This document shows positions 22,751-40,409 of a stretch of DNA of 64,000 nt, piece by piece (within the stretch, counting starts at the first letter, position 1; every line of letters starts with the position of its first letter). The position numbers and the translations under genes were made by a program. The notes under the pieces were generated by a model, which did not search any database, was not told the DNA's origin, and was given only the letters and a program-made list of their open reading frames with translations. This DNA is from Fimicolochytrium jonesii (lineage: Eukaryota). Where the stretch lies: positions 558,001-622,000 of the forward strand of contig NW_026515677.1 in NCBI RefSeq assembly GCF_025526975.1, read 5' to 3'.

Positions 22751-23424
22751 GCGGTGTGGAGGGAAGTTCGGTTTCCTGGACACTTCAAAGAATAGAGTCC
22801 CGGCTTCGGTATTGCGGGCGATGCACATGCGGGAATCAATCAAGCATAACAAGCATTGGGCAAAGCAGGCCGGAAATTGGACGCTTGCGGCCTGTGTCGC
22901 AGTTTGGCGACATCGCGATGATCCATCTCCACAAAATCAAGGACTAAGCCTCGGTTCCTGCACAGAAGACCATGGTCTGGACATCTATTGTCACCTTGGG
23001 ATCGAGTGGAAATTGATATCGCAATCGGTGGCCATGTGCAGTATCCGGTCTTCACGGATTCGGCTTCCCAGATGATGGATTCCCAAGGTGAATCAAGGCT
23101 CTACTTTAATGTGATCCGGCGCCACCCGATGCCTATGGTGCGTGCGGCACAGCTGCGACGCACGGGAGCTGCCTCTCGCGAGACCGGCGTTTGAATACCA
23201 GCGGCCGAGCAAAGATATGTAATGCCTCCCGGAACCCCCTTCGACGGTTTAGGCTCCCCATGGATATAGACGGACTTTTGAAAACGACGTCCCCAACGTC
23301 GATGGAAGTCCAAAATTCCTTATATTAACAATGACAAACGCTCTATTTCTAATGCGATCACAACTTGTCCCAGTGCGCACATGTCCAGCATGCACTCTCT
23401 GATACACCAGTTTCCAAAAGAACA

Positions 23425-25018
23425 TCACGTTCGCAGTCCTTCCAGAACCTCCATACAAAGTTCCATGGCCCACCCCATCGACGCATCCGGCGGCACCGCG
23501 CACGCCATGAGCGTCAGGGGAATATGATCGTCATGGAGTTCGGAATGGAAGCTCAACCTCTTGCGAATTTGGTCGAGTCCCGATCTCTCCAAGAGCGATA
23601 TTGGGGCGGAGGAAGGGTCTCGAGCGTCGAAGCAGTTGAAGGAGATGAATCCAGACGCACGCTCTTCGACGGTGGTCGTTTCGCAGGCGAGGTGGAATTC
23701 GAGGCCCTCTGTCTGTGGTATGATCGACAGACGATGTCAGCGAATGGGAAGAGCTCGATCTAAACTGCTGCATCTTGCAAGATCTTCAGGTACGCACCTT
23801 CAGCTCAAATCGCCCTTCCACGCTGTCATGCTTCCCAGCATACCGAATGAACCACGGGTCCAAATCAGGAGTCTGCTGGTGGGTTCCCTGCATCCATTCA
23901 TATCCAGTGGTTTTAAGACGCTCCAGGTCAAATGGCACACCTGCTTCTCCACATCTGGCGGCCACTGATTGAATAGTTCTTTGAACATCGCGGCATCGCT
24001 GCTTGGCGGTCGAGACGAGATCTTGGATGCATGCATGGGAGACATGCGGGATTGCTTCTCGTAGCAAGTCGATGGAGGAAAAGTCCTGAACTAGGATTTC
24101 GTCGTGCTATGTTACGCCAGTGATTGAGCTGTTAGAACCTTTTCTACCCCGAGCGACGTCCAACGGACTCGGACGAAACTTACTTCAAAGACGACGCGCT
24201 CCGTGGAAAGGGCGATATCAGAGCTGCCCTCTTCGCTCCGTTCAAGATACCGCAACGACCCAACACTCCCAATTTCCTCCCACCCACTCAACTCCAGCAA
24301 CTCATCCCAGACACCCCCCATCGTCCAGTCATCCCGCCCCACGAGTTTCACTAGGTTGAAATGCTCCGCCAGTCTCTCGATGACCGCCTTGGCCCGGGTG
24401 GCGCGGTACTGGGAGATGTGATAAAGCTCGATTTGTGGATTCCAGGTAGTGGTGGATTCCAGATGCAGCAGCTTTGCGAGCGGTGGTGTCACGTCCATGT
24501 ATAGGTGTGCGCTTTGAACCATTTTGGATCCTGAGCGTGCAGGCATTCGGTCGCACCAGGATATCAGGTGGATCGTCTCGGTTTGACGGGGTTGACCCGC
24601 ATTAGGGGGGAGAGGGATGGGGAGGCACAGAAGTTGCTTGGCTTGTTTGCACAGCTGTCCCTTCCATGTCGTCTGAATTTGGCTTCGCAAAGAATCTGTC
24701 TGTATACGGGCGGAGCGTGAGCCATGCGATGGATTTCCGCATACATGTAAATAACACCTCCGATAACGCTACCTTGCTCCCCTCGCCCTCCTCCATATCC
24801 GCATCCAACCCCCCAATAGCGCCCAAAAGCGATCGACTCAAGCGCAAATCCAGCCGCGTCCACACATGCGCACTGAGGAACCGTCGCCGGACAATCGACT
24901 CCATCCGTGACTTCACATATTCGTTGAGCCGTTTGTTCGCCAGCCCAAGAAATGCAATGTCGCGCAAAGAAAGGTATGACGTGACCGCATCTGTGAGTTC
25001 GAATGGGAGACGTTGCAT
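23425..25018 (-). CDS. F-box-like protein, about 4 exons
   Basis: N-terminal MQRLPFELTDAVTSYLSLRDIAFLGLANKRL F-box pattern; GT-AG introns join ORF pieces in frame to a TGA at 23425. Confidence 0.65.
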
Positions 25019-25493
25019 GGTGGCGGCTTGTGAAGACGTCACCGTCAAGTTCTCTCTTTTTGTCGGGTGGTTTTGGAAGGTTGGGAGGGTCAGTGGGTTA
25101 CTGGGGGATGTTCAGGTTTGTACCACGGGTTCAGGCACGTTGCTTCTGTGGGTCTGCACTTGGCGCGCTCAACGCGTTGAATAATGTCAGCAGCGATAGC
25201 CACTGCCCGGAAAGGACATCATGTTGGCATTGTTAGTGGGGGGAGGGAAGGGGAACTGGGGAGGGAAGGGTGCTTGTGGGAAATAAGGATTCCTGTGCAT
25301 TTGGTTACGCGTCGGAGTATGGGAACGCGCATGTCGTAAGCAACGTTTTGTTCAAACAGACGGCGCCTACGCTCCCTCTTCAGCCTTCCAGCCGCGCCGC
25401 CCCCTCAACTGTTCTTTGCTTTCCAGGAAGTCCCTTTGCAGCTTTCTCCGTCCAAGGCAAGAGGACGTTAAAGCGTTCTTCTTGGCTGTGGTG

Positions 25494-25548
25494 GGGGACG
25501 GGGACGGGGACGGGGACAAGGACAAGGACGAGGACGAGGACGAGGGAC
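25494..25548 (+). repeat. GGGGAC/AAGGAC/GAGGAC hexamer microsatellite
   Basis: Read directly. Confidence 0.8.
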
Positions 25549-25758
25549 GGAGGACTGACGGAGACGTCCATACAACGAAGTCCGACTTTACTGCCATCAA
25601 ATATCCCATAGTTCACACAGACTCTCGAATACATATATGACAAAGAAGCGAGGTAAAAACGCTATATAAATAGTGAAAAAAAACTCGTCATGAAAACGGG
25701 AATCCATATGCTACGCTTTGACCGGATCTCCAATCCAGAAGTGGCTTCAACATCTGAG

Positions 25759-27553
25759 TCAGCACGTTTTGTTGACGTGGAGATTCTCCTCGATGGGCCG
25801 CAGGTGTTTGAGCTCGTAAGCAACCCGCTCCACCTTCTCCATCACGCGGAGAAGATTGAGGCCAGCAATCCCGCTCACTTCCTCGTCGGAGAAGCCACGT
25901 CGCAGAAGTTCGGCGATCAGGGCGGGGTACTAAGCGGATCATTCAGTCTTGTCAGAGAGAACCTCCTAGGCCAGTGCCCTACGACACCGAGCTCACCTTC
26001 GTTACGTCCTCGAGGCCCTTGGGGACCACATCAATACCATCGAAATCGCTTCCAAGCCCGATATGTGTCGGACCAGCGATCTTGGCGATATGTGAAATGT
26101 GGTCTGCTACTGCTTCGAGGGTGGATTCGGCCGCGCAGGAGACGAAGCGGGGGTAGAAATTGACCTATTTTGCAGGTGAACAGAAGACGATCGTGTAAGA
26201 TCGGACAGGCTGCGAGGAGGTACTTTCGGAAGGCATCTGCATACCATGATAATGCCATCGTTCTCGCGAAGCTGCTCGAGGATTTCATCGGGCTAGTGCA
26301 CGGCATTCGTTAGTCGCCCAGCCGCCCAAGATCACATCATAGATGACATGATACTCACCACGTTGCGGGGAATCCGGCACAAGGCGTACGCCGAGCTATG
26401 CGAAAAGATAATCGGCGCCTTCGTAATCCTCAAAGTATCCCGCATGGTATCATGCGAGACATGGCTCAAATCCACCATCAGTCCGAGCCGGTTCATCTCC
26501 AAAATCACTTTCTCTCCATAAGCCGTCAGCCCGTTATGTATTGGCTCGCCAGTGCATGAGTCAGCCCAAGCGGTGTGACACACATGCGTCAGCGTCATGT
26601 AGCGTACTCCGAGATCGTAGAACAAGCGCAGGGCTCCCAGGGAGCCATCGATCTGGTGGCCACCTTCGAGACCGATGAGGGAAGCGATACGTTTGTGTTT
26701 GTGGATGCGGCGGATGTCGTGAGAAGTGCGTGCGAATTCCAGATGCTACGGGACAACGCATGAGACTTTATTCCCACGGCATTCGCGTCGAGCGAGATAT
26801 CTCTGATTTCACCTGCGGATAAGCGTTTACTATCCTATGTATCAAATCGATTTGTTCCTGCAAAGCCCGTTCTTCAGCACTCCCATAGGCAAAACGAACC
26901 CCATATTGATTCGGCAGGCCTACCAAGGTATACCGCACATCATCTGTACGCTTTGTATAATCCGCATTGCAAGGCACGAATCCACTCCAAAACTGGGCTC
27001 CCACCCTGCCCACCTTCATACGCGTCAGATCTGTACCAAAGCATCGTCAGCGTCGTCCACAGAATTATCCCGGACAGCCAGAGAGAGAAGCGCATCCCAC
27101 CAGTGGCGTAGTCGGTCGTCAGATTGGTCAAATTCAGATTATCAATTTTTCCCTCATTCACAAACTGTAACCGTATCGGCAAATCGTTGTGCCTGCGCGC
27201 GAGAGCGTCGAAACCAGATCAGCACCCCTCCGGCCCCATGTCCACCAACCTCCACATCCGCCAACTCACCCATCAACCAACGGCACCTTCCTCAATATCT
27301 TCTCCGCCCTCCCCACATAATCTTCAACCTCCAAAACCTCGTCATCCACCTCCTGCAGCACATATCCGCTCGACTGGCCGGCCCCCGTTCCCCACTGACA
27401 ATGCGCGAATAGAATGAGGACGAGTAATGAGGCGAGGAGGAACGCGACTTTGACGGGGTTGGCTTCGTTGCGTGGTGCGGGTCGGGTGAGGGACAGGTAG
27501 CCCCCGGAAGGGTTGGGTTTTGGCATGGCGATGTGGACGGAGTTTGGGCGCAT
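25759..27553 (-). CDS. Membrane dipeptidase (peptidase M19, renal dipeptidase family) with N-terminal anchor, multi-exon
   Basis: [70 protein letters not shown]. Confidence 0.93.
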
Positions 27554-28376
27554 GGTAGGGTTTGATACCCGGGCAGGAAGTGGAGGGGATGAAAGGAACC
27601 TCGACACCTGTAAAGGTAGAATCAGTCCGACAACCAAGTCCCAGGAGAGTTTGTAGCAAAGGAAGGAACGACCGTGCTTGACGATGCTTCAGGTTTTTGG
27701 GGGGTCAATGCTGCGAGCTCCACACCCGATATCCCGCAAACTTGAGATTCAGATCATTCATTCAGACACGAAGGCCTTTTGACGCGTCCCGCTGCCTCCC
27801 GCCACCAACGGGTCATTCCGTCAATAGCTGTCGTTTCCCCTCATCTCTCAACCATAGCGGATATCTGCCCTTGCCGTTGACTTCTTTGATTGTTCTCGGC
27901 ATATCTACATTACTGGGCGGATTTCAGTTTCTATCGCTCCAATGCCGAAAAAAGACTGAGGAACAAACGTCGGTCTGCTCGAGTCCCCACACAGAAACTA
28001 CTCCGCGCCACTTAACGACGCCATATGGATGAAACCCAGTCAATGTAAGAAAAAAAATGTATGCAACAAAGGCGCACAGCCACTATGCACAAAAGACTTT
28101 GATAATGGGAGAGAGAAAGCAGTAGCCCAATAAGGGACGAAAAAAAGGGATGGTCGCGAAAAACATGTGAAGCGCGGATATCGCAAACAAACGATGATTG
28201 ATATATGGCGAAACGAGGTAAGGTAAGATACGTGATGACTAAAAAACAGCAGTGAATGTTCTTCCACGTCCACATGGCGAAGGATCGGTGTTGAAAGGTA
28301 TTGGTAAGGTACAGCCGCGACAGAAAAGGGTTCTGAGAATGGGGCAGCTTGTGGGATGGGTGGGTGATGTGCGAGA

Positions 28377-32645
<4,269 letters not shown>

Positions 32646-34228
32646 CACCGTCACAGCTCAGCATCTTTTCGAAAAGGCAAACAGTCGCTCCAGTGGAGAT
32701 CATACCATTGCGGGTAACTGTAGTGCGGCAAGCGCTGGAGCCACTTTAAGCAAGCTGATACTCAGAGTTGGTCTGATAAACGGAGTAACGGAATGGGTTA
32801 GTTTGCGAAAGTGGGTCGACATTGCTATACATTGACCCCGATCGCTTTCAGTGGCGAAGTGCTGAAGAACCGAATTTCGCTTGTCCAACCCGCAACAGGC
32901 CACCGTCGCAACGCACACTGGTCTGAAGAAGCATACAAGCGCCACCTTCCCTCCCTTCGTCAATGGGAAGCTTCGCTTGATTTGAGCCTCGGTGCAATTG
33001 ATGAAAGAATTTCCCCGTCCAGCTCGGAGCCCAACCACAATTTCTCTCGAAAAGATGGGGCACTGAAACAAAACCTTCCGGGAAATTACCTGGTCTATCT
33101 AGAGTGTACCCCTGCCAGTGTTTACGGTTTGAGAGTGTACGCACTTGGGCCTTCTACTTGACAAGAATTAGGAGCGATCTTGTAGGAAGCAAGCGGTTTG
33201 CCGTTGTTCAAGCGCCCCCCCACCTGCGAGCTGTGATGATGGCCTCGCTGTCTTTCCCGGGCGGCCGGCCAGTCATCCATTGCCATTTCCAACCAGCCGT
33301 CATTTCATGCTGCACCACAGTCTCGGATCCCGGGTCTGAGCACAGAAATGTGCGTGTGGCGCATTTGCACCAATCAACAACACGTGGCTTTCCCCAGTTA
33401 AATTCGGTTTATCTGTTGTCTTGCTTTTCAGATTGAGGACAACATCATTGGTGCGTCGACACACTTGCCATGGCAGATTTTTTGTCTACAGTACAATGGG
33501 GGGGCGCTAGGGCCGTGAGACCCGGTGTGGTGGCGAATACCTTACTATGGAATTACGGTGCAGGACGGCGGGGTGTCTGCCATTTTGCGGCGCGAGCTTC
33601 CAAGAGTACTGCCCAGTTTCGCGGCAGCGTAGTAACGCTGAGTCAGCGCAAAACGCGAAACTCAGAAGGCCCCATTCCCAAATCGGCGCCGCCCGAAGCT
33701 TCCTTCTGATTGCAAGGAAAAGAAATGCTGGCATTTCATCCAAGCTTCCGAACGGTGTTACAGTATTATGAAGAAAATTTCACATGGACGCTTAAATTCC
33801 TAGCACATGCGAGCCCAGGCTTTCGGCATGGCGATTATGGAAAGTATTGGTGAATCGGAGCCCAATCGCAACTGAACAGGGTGGCTTCCATATTTTGCCG
33901 GGAGGCCCCGAAAGCAACGCCCTCCTGCGGTGCCGTCGATTGTGGCTTCCCCAGGCCAAAATTGCATCAGTGGCCGGGGTAAGCAACGCTACAGGTTCCT
34001 GTTTCAGTACGAAGCCGACTTCTAATTTTAGATATCCATATCTGCGCGCGCGGTTTTTTTTTAACCTTCCTTCGCGTGGCGCCGCTGTGGTGCTTGTTGT
34101 TCTTAAAATGCTGCCGGGATGTCAGCGGCATCGGCTCTGCTGTCTGTCTCTCGCCGGTCGATACAAAATCGAGGGACTCGTCGTCGTAACACCTTTCCTC
34201 GCTCCTACAAGCTGAATTTTTCATTGCG

Positions 34229-35646
34229 ATGGACAAGAAGCACGTTCTGGTTACCGGTGGGGCGGGTTACATAGGGTCGCATACCGTCTTGGAGTTGCTG
34301 CAGGTATGCCTGAAGAACCTTTCTCCCGCTGTCGAATTTACACGTCTTGCCCGGGGGCATCGCTCACCGAGAAATGTGGTTTTTGTTCGTAGACTGGATA
34401 TGAAGTGGTTGTGCTAGATACCCTCAGCAACTCCAGCATCGAAAGCCTGAAAAATGTATGCAAGCTGACGCAGTCGCGCGTATACTTCTACCAAGGCGAC
34501 CTAGCCGATGCGGAAATACTAGACGCCATCTTTCGGAATCACCCAATATGGGCCGTGATACATTTCGCCGCCCTCAAATCCGCCCCCGAATCCGTCGCCC
34601 GACCGCTCGACTACTACCGCGTCAACGTCGACGGGTCCGTATCGCTGCTGGAAGCGATGACGCGGCATCACGTCCACCGCCTCGTGTTTTCCTCCACCGC
34701 CGCCGTCTACGGGAAACCAGACCCGAACACGACGCTGATCGACGAATCTCACCCAACGCGGCCGGAGAACCCTTACGGCCGCTCGAAACGGATGGTGGAG
34801 ACGATCATCGAAGACACGACGCGCGCGGTCCGCCCACTGGGGTCCGTCGTCCTCCGGTATTTCAACCCCGTCGGAGCGCATGAATCCGGGTTGATCGGCG
34901 AAGACCCGAAAGGCCGGCCGGGCAACCTCATGCCCCTCTTACTTCAAGTGATGACACAATCCCGCAAGCATCTTGAGATCACCGGCACAGACTGGCCGAC
35001 TCCAGACGGCTCCGGCATGCGCGACTTCATCCACGTGGTGGATCTCGCCAAGGGCCACGTCAAGGCGCTCGAACACGCCGACCGGCTGTGCATGGCCAAC
35101 GGCGGCTTCGATACGTTGAATATGGGCACAGGGGCGGGGACGACGGTGCTGCAGATGATCCGCTGCATGGAGTCGTTGACAAACTCGACCATCCCGTATG
35201 TCAAGGGCCCGCGGCGGGTGGGCGATGTGGCTGCCGTTGTTGCGGATCCACACCGGGCGCAGAAGATTTTGAAGTGGAAGGCGACAAGGGGGTTGGAGAT
35301 GATGTGTGCGGACGCGTGGCGATTCAGGCAGATGAACCCAGAGGGATACGTCTCGACCATCAACATGCCCAGCGCCGACTCGCTGACCTCGCCGCGTGCT
35401 TCGATACCGGGCAACTACGTGTTTGTGTCGGAGTCGTTGACGCCCACCGAGGGGAGTCCGCTGGTTAGGAGGGCTGTATCGCTGAAGGCTAACCGGCCGC
35501 CGAACGAGCCGGTCAAGACCACTAATCGAATTATTCTGTCTGGGATGAGCGGCGAGCCGCCGTTTTTGCTGCAGGACAGGGATCAATTCAGCCATCCACG
35601 AGGGGTGCCGATCGCTTTGACACCCGTGTCCACGTCGCTTCAGTAG
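34229..35646 (+). CDS. GALE: UDP-glucose 4-epimerase; intron ~34283-34392; ~95-aa C-terminal extension
   Basis: VLVTGGAGYIGSHT, VIHFAALK, FSSTAAVYG, NPYGRSK, LRYFNPVGAH, IGEDP, RDFIHVVDLAKGH. Confidence 0.95.
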
Positions 35647-36180
35647 AGGAGAGTTTAGAGACACGGTCGCTTGCAACTGTAGAGACCATCTAGTCGAGCT
35701 AGCTTCCTTGAACTTGGGCGGAGTAGTAGCGGGATGCTTTCATTAGCTGTTAGGCCTAGTCATAGCTCTAGAGTTAGCGCTTGGTCCGCTTCTTTCGCAC
35801 CATGTTAGCGGGAGAGCTCCTGCATGGATTTGATTTTGCTCAGCGGGACTTTTTGTTTTCGGGACGTTATTTACGTATTTAGTGGAATTCTGGATGTCGA
35901 TTATGAGAACCGAGGTGTCGCAAATGAAGAGGTCATTCACATCTGTATTTCTCATTCGATGGACTGCTCCCAGTAATACCACCGCACAAAGCACCGCGCG
36001 CAGGAGCGAACTCGTCGAACGACTTCCATGTTGCATGGCTGCGTGGTCTGCAGGCCATTGCGGGTAGCACGGGTAGCCTACTCCAGATAGCTGCCAACTA
36101 CACGGGCGGAATATCATGTATAGTTCAGCTCAGACAAGTATATATTTCCCGACGTGGTACAGTAGATATACAGATTGCAC

Positions 36181-38074
36181 TCAGGCGTAATACTGAAAAT
36201 GAAAGCCAATGAGTACGACTCTAAAATCAAGCCAAGGCAGAAGTTATACCAAACCGCATACCTGAAGCGACGTTTTCTTCTTAGCCTGCACCTCCTGAAT
36301 ACCCTCCATAAAGTCCTCATGCGTAATCTCGCTCGCCCCTCTCCTCAACGCAATCATTCCGGCCTCAACACAAACGGCTTTACACTGCGCCCCATTGAAC
36401 TCGTCACAGGTCCTCGCAAGCTCAACGAAGTTGACGTCCTTGGAGACTGTCATTTTACGCGAATGGATCTGCATGATGTTTGCTCGTCCTTCTTCGTTTG
36501 GCAGTGGGAACTCGATTTTGCGGTCGAGACGGCCGGAACGGAGAAGGGCGGGGTCGAGGATGTCGATACGGTTCGTCGCGGCGATGACCTGTGGATATGA
36601 AATGGGTGTCTATATGTAAGAAGAAGCCAACTCTTAACAAATTATCGATCGCACCTTGATACTCTGATCACTGCTGAAACCATCCAACTGGTTGAGGAGC
36701 TCCAACATAGTACGTTGGACTTCACGGTCTCCGGACTTTTCACTATCGAAACGTTTTGTGCCCACGGCGTCGATTTCATCGATGAAGATGATAGCTGGGG
36801 ATTTCTCCTTTGCAAGGTCGAAGGCGTCGCGAACAAGCTTGGCTCCATCACCGATGAACATCTGTAGAGTAGGGGTCAAAGATATGATCGCATTGGAAAC
36901 GTCCAAAGGGTGCGATTGACTTACCTGAACGAGTTGTGGGCCAGCAAGTTTCAGGAAAGTTGAATTTGTTTGTGCGGCACATGCTCTTGCCAACAGCGTC
37001 TTTCCTGTTCCAGGCTGATATACATCGTATGAGAACGAGGGTCAATTCAAGCTAATCATGTCACCTTTTTACGTACCGGGCCATACATGAGACATCCTAG
37101 AGAGACAAATGGCACAGATGAGTAACCAAGATAGATGATGGCAGTGTGTTGGGGAAGTCACCCATACCTTTTGGCGGCTTGATCCCAAGGTTCTGAAACC
37201 GTTCCTTATGCGTCATGGGCAAGATAATCGCTTCCACAATCTCTTCGATCTGCTTGTCCAGACCACCGACATCGTTGAACTCTTCAGTAGGCTTCTCGTC
37301 AACTTCCATGGCTTTGACACGCGAATCATATCTGTTCATCGATGTCAGCAAGGGATGAAAGACAGATCCCCCGCAATGCGCCTGGTACGCTTACTCGGCA
37401 GGAAGCATATCCAGAATCAGGTAGCTGTCTTTATTGACTCCCACGAGGTCCGCAGGCTTCAGTTTGTTGGAGTCGACCAGACCAACCATCGGCAGGAAAA
37501 TCGTCTGGCGGGTTGATGTCTTTACTACTGCACATTTGCCCTTGCGGTGCGCGTCGAGATCGACGTTAGCTCCGTCCTCCTCCGGCTCTTCGTCTGGGTT
37601 CATATCCAGAATCTATATGTGGTGATTGAAGGACATGTTAGGGCCGTTGAGTCCCACCGTACGACGTTCTCCTGATAGTGACGGTCATACCTCAACGACA
37701 TTGGCCACCAAATACGGAAGCTGTTTATTCAGCTTAACCTTCTCCTTGTTGTCCTTGATCCGCTCCTTCATCGCAGTCTGCTCGTGCGAGATACGCATTT
37801 GCTCGCTTTTCATTACCTATGAGTTCCAGAAGGGTTGTCAGCATGTGATTCCTAAGAACGCGTAGGGATCTGCAGCAATTCGTCGTTGCGAAAGCAAGTG
37901 CCAGAGCGATTCGACTCCGGAAAGAGAGTCCTCATTGGTGAAGCTAACCTTGATATCATTCTCAAGCAGCCTGGTCCGATTTGCTATTTCGTCTGTGCTG
38001 GCTTTAAGGATTTCCTGCCCAATGATGTCCTCCTCCTGCTCCACGTTCTTCGACAAGTCTTCTAGTGTCGCCAT
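36181..38074 (-). CDS. RPT5: 26S proteasome AAA ATPase subunit 6A (Rpt5/PSMC3), multi-exon
   Basis: MATLEDL..., [77 protein letters not shown]-terminal YYA. Confidence 0.97.
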
Positions 38075-38598
38075 CTTGGGGTCCTTTGACTAACAATGCA
38101 GGTTACCGGTTATAAGTGTAGTGTCGCAACGAGTGGTAACTGAGTGTATATGAGGAGTTATGCTAGCAGCCGGCGATGATTCTGGGAAGCTGGAAGTGGG
38201 GAAAAGCCAAGATGTCGTTCAAGTTGCTCCCGAGGGCAGCCAGAGGGAAAGGCTGGAAGCGATTGCGTGTCGCGTTTCCCCTTGTCCGCTTTTGGACCAG
38301 CTTTTGGACTGCGTTTTGAACTTTTGACTGAGCGAAGATCGAGAACTTCCCTGGGCGTCGGATTCAACAGCTTGACGTCCCTGCCGCTCAAGTCTAGGTT
38401 TGTATTTGAAGCACCCAGCCGTATACGTATGGCCTCCCCTAACTCTTCGTCTCGTCCTGCAATAGACTGTCCGCCGTGGCCGCAATTTCCGAGCGAGTCT
38501 CTGGTACTTGATGGGCGTGGGAAAATTGTCCGACAATTCTGGAGAAGCAGGCTAATCGCCCGACCTCTTTTTAACTCAAGACCGGGCAAGTCAGCAAC

Positions 38599-39381
38599 AT
38601 GAACGTATTCACCAGCACTCGAGTCCGTCAGATGCTCCGCTACGCAGGATGGGGCGCCCAAGGCGGGTGCCTAATGTTGCTGATTCAGCAGTACGTCGCC
38701 GAGGTCACAATGGTAGGTCGCATTGAAGGACTTCACTGGAGCAACCACCCCGGAAGAAGACCCTTATACATATACAGCCCTTTACTAGTCAATAGGACCC
38801 TCCATGCTCCCGACATTTAACGTAGCCGGCGACTTGGTGGTGGTGGAACACGTGTCACAATACTTTCGGGCCTTGACGCTAGGCGATGTTGTTGTATGCG
38901 TGTCCCCATACGACCCAAGGAGATCTATATGCAAGCGAGTCTTGGGTTTGGTACGTCTTAAAGGTTCGGCGTCTGGTGAGGTGGATTTCCAGCTTCTGAT
39001 CCATCGTTCCTTGCAGCCGGGTGACCATGTCTGCGTAGACCCGACAGTACCAGAACGCAAATACCTCACGGTCCGTCTCAAGTCTCAATCCTTCACTTGA
39101 TTCCGCCGTCCCTCATCTGCCAAACACTTCATGCAGGTCCCAAAAGGCCACATATGGATCCAAGGTGACAATTACAACAATTCAACGGACTCGAGGAAGT
39201 ACGGGCCGGTCCCAATGGGTTTGTTAAGGGGGAGGGTGCTGTGCAAGGTTGTTGAGCCGTCATTGAGTAGTCAAAATTTCTGCAAACGGTTGCTCATTTT
39301 TAAGGTTCACAGGTGTGGCCGGATTGGGAATGGATGAAAAGCGGGGTGCAGGAGGTTTACTCGAGTGCCGTTGCGCGGTGA
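38599..39381 (+). CDS. IMP1: Mitochondrial inner membrane protease subunit 1 (peptidase S26), multi-exon
   Basis: GPSMLPTF (catalytic Ser), ICKRVLGL (Lys), VPKGHIWIQGDN..NSTDSRKYGPVP. Confidence 0.9.
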
Positions 39382-40409
39382 TATGGTGGATGGCAATCAC
39401 AAGGAAGGCGATCTTGACTGGACATTCCTCGATGAAAGGGTGGATGAAAACGGTTGAAGGTTGGACGATTGAGCCACAGACTAGATATTCCGAGATGAAA
39501 GCAGCTTCCATGGTCGCAAGATGGAACATGTCAGACAACACAACGCCGCCCCAGTTCATCTTCTCGGCAGAGCGGACGGAGGCATGCCATCTCATACTAC
39601 ATACCTACACTGCTAGGAGTTAGGATAGGGGCCACTTATCGTTGGGCCAGAAGGTTGACGGCGAGACATACGCCGGAATACACTTACATTTTCGCAGGCT
39701 CTTTATCAAGATTGTCCCACGTGCAATTTCCTCTCCGGCCTGGTGCCCTGCTTGTTCCCGGCGTCGGGGATCTGGAAGGGCGGAACTTGCATAGGAAGAA
39801 CGGTTTCCAGTTCATGTCGATGGAAGATCAGCGTCACACCTCGATTGTTCAGGATTTCCACGGATCGGGCCCACGAGAAACTGGCCGGGAAAGAGTGCTT
39901 TCTAAAGGAGAACAGTGACTATCATCACTTACACATTGCTCATGCAGACCCAGAGAAGTTCGATGCCCTCTACACCACGCTTTCCGCCCATCCTCACCGC
40001 TTTCGATGGATCAAGAATTTCACCGTGGGAAAACAGGAGGAGGATATGCCTTTGGACAACCGGACAGAATGGACACCACTGCAGCATGAGAAAGTGTGAT
40101 GCTTGACGATCATGCAGCACGGGGTTCATAACAGATTTGCAAAAATGAGGAGAACACATTCAGTGGTATATTGCGAACGGCGTACCGTTCTCAAAACGCA
40201 AGGTGAATGCGGAGGGTATCGACGCACTCGAACTACGCAACTACTTGGGTATCCATACATCGGGTCAAAAAGAAAAAGGAGAAAACTGTAAAGGATACGC
40301 CAGGGAACTCTAAATGCACATGCCAGACAGACGCCAAATCCAGCAGGCCTACTGTCCATTCGAATCTAATCTAGTGATGTAAACGGCCGCACACAGGCGA
40401 CCCGACCGC

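Noticed and set aside
39400..40106. Possible small spliced gene downstream of IMP1
   Set aside because: Some splice-like signals exist but no coherent model or family match was found.
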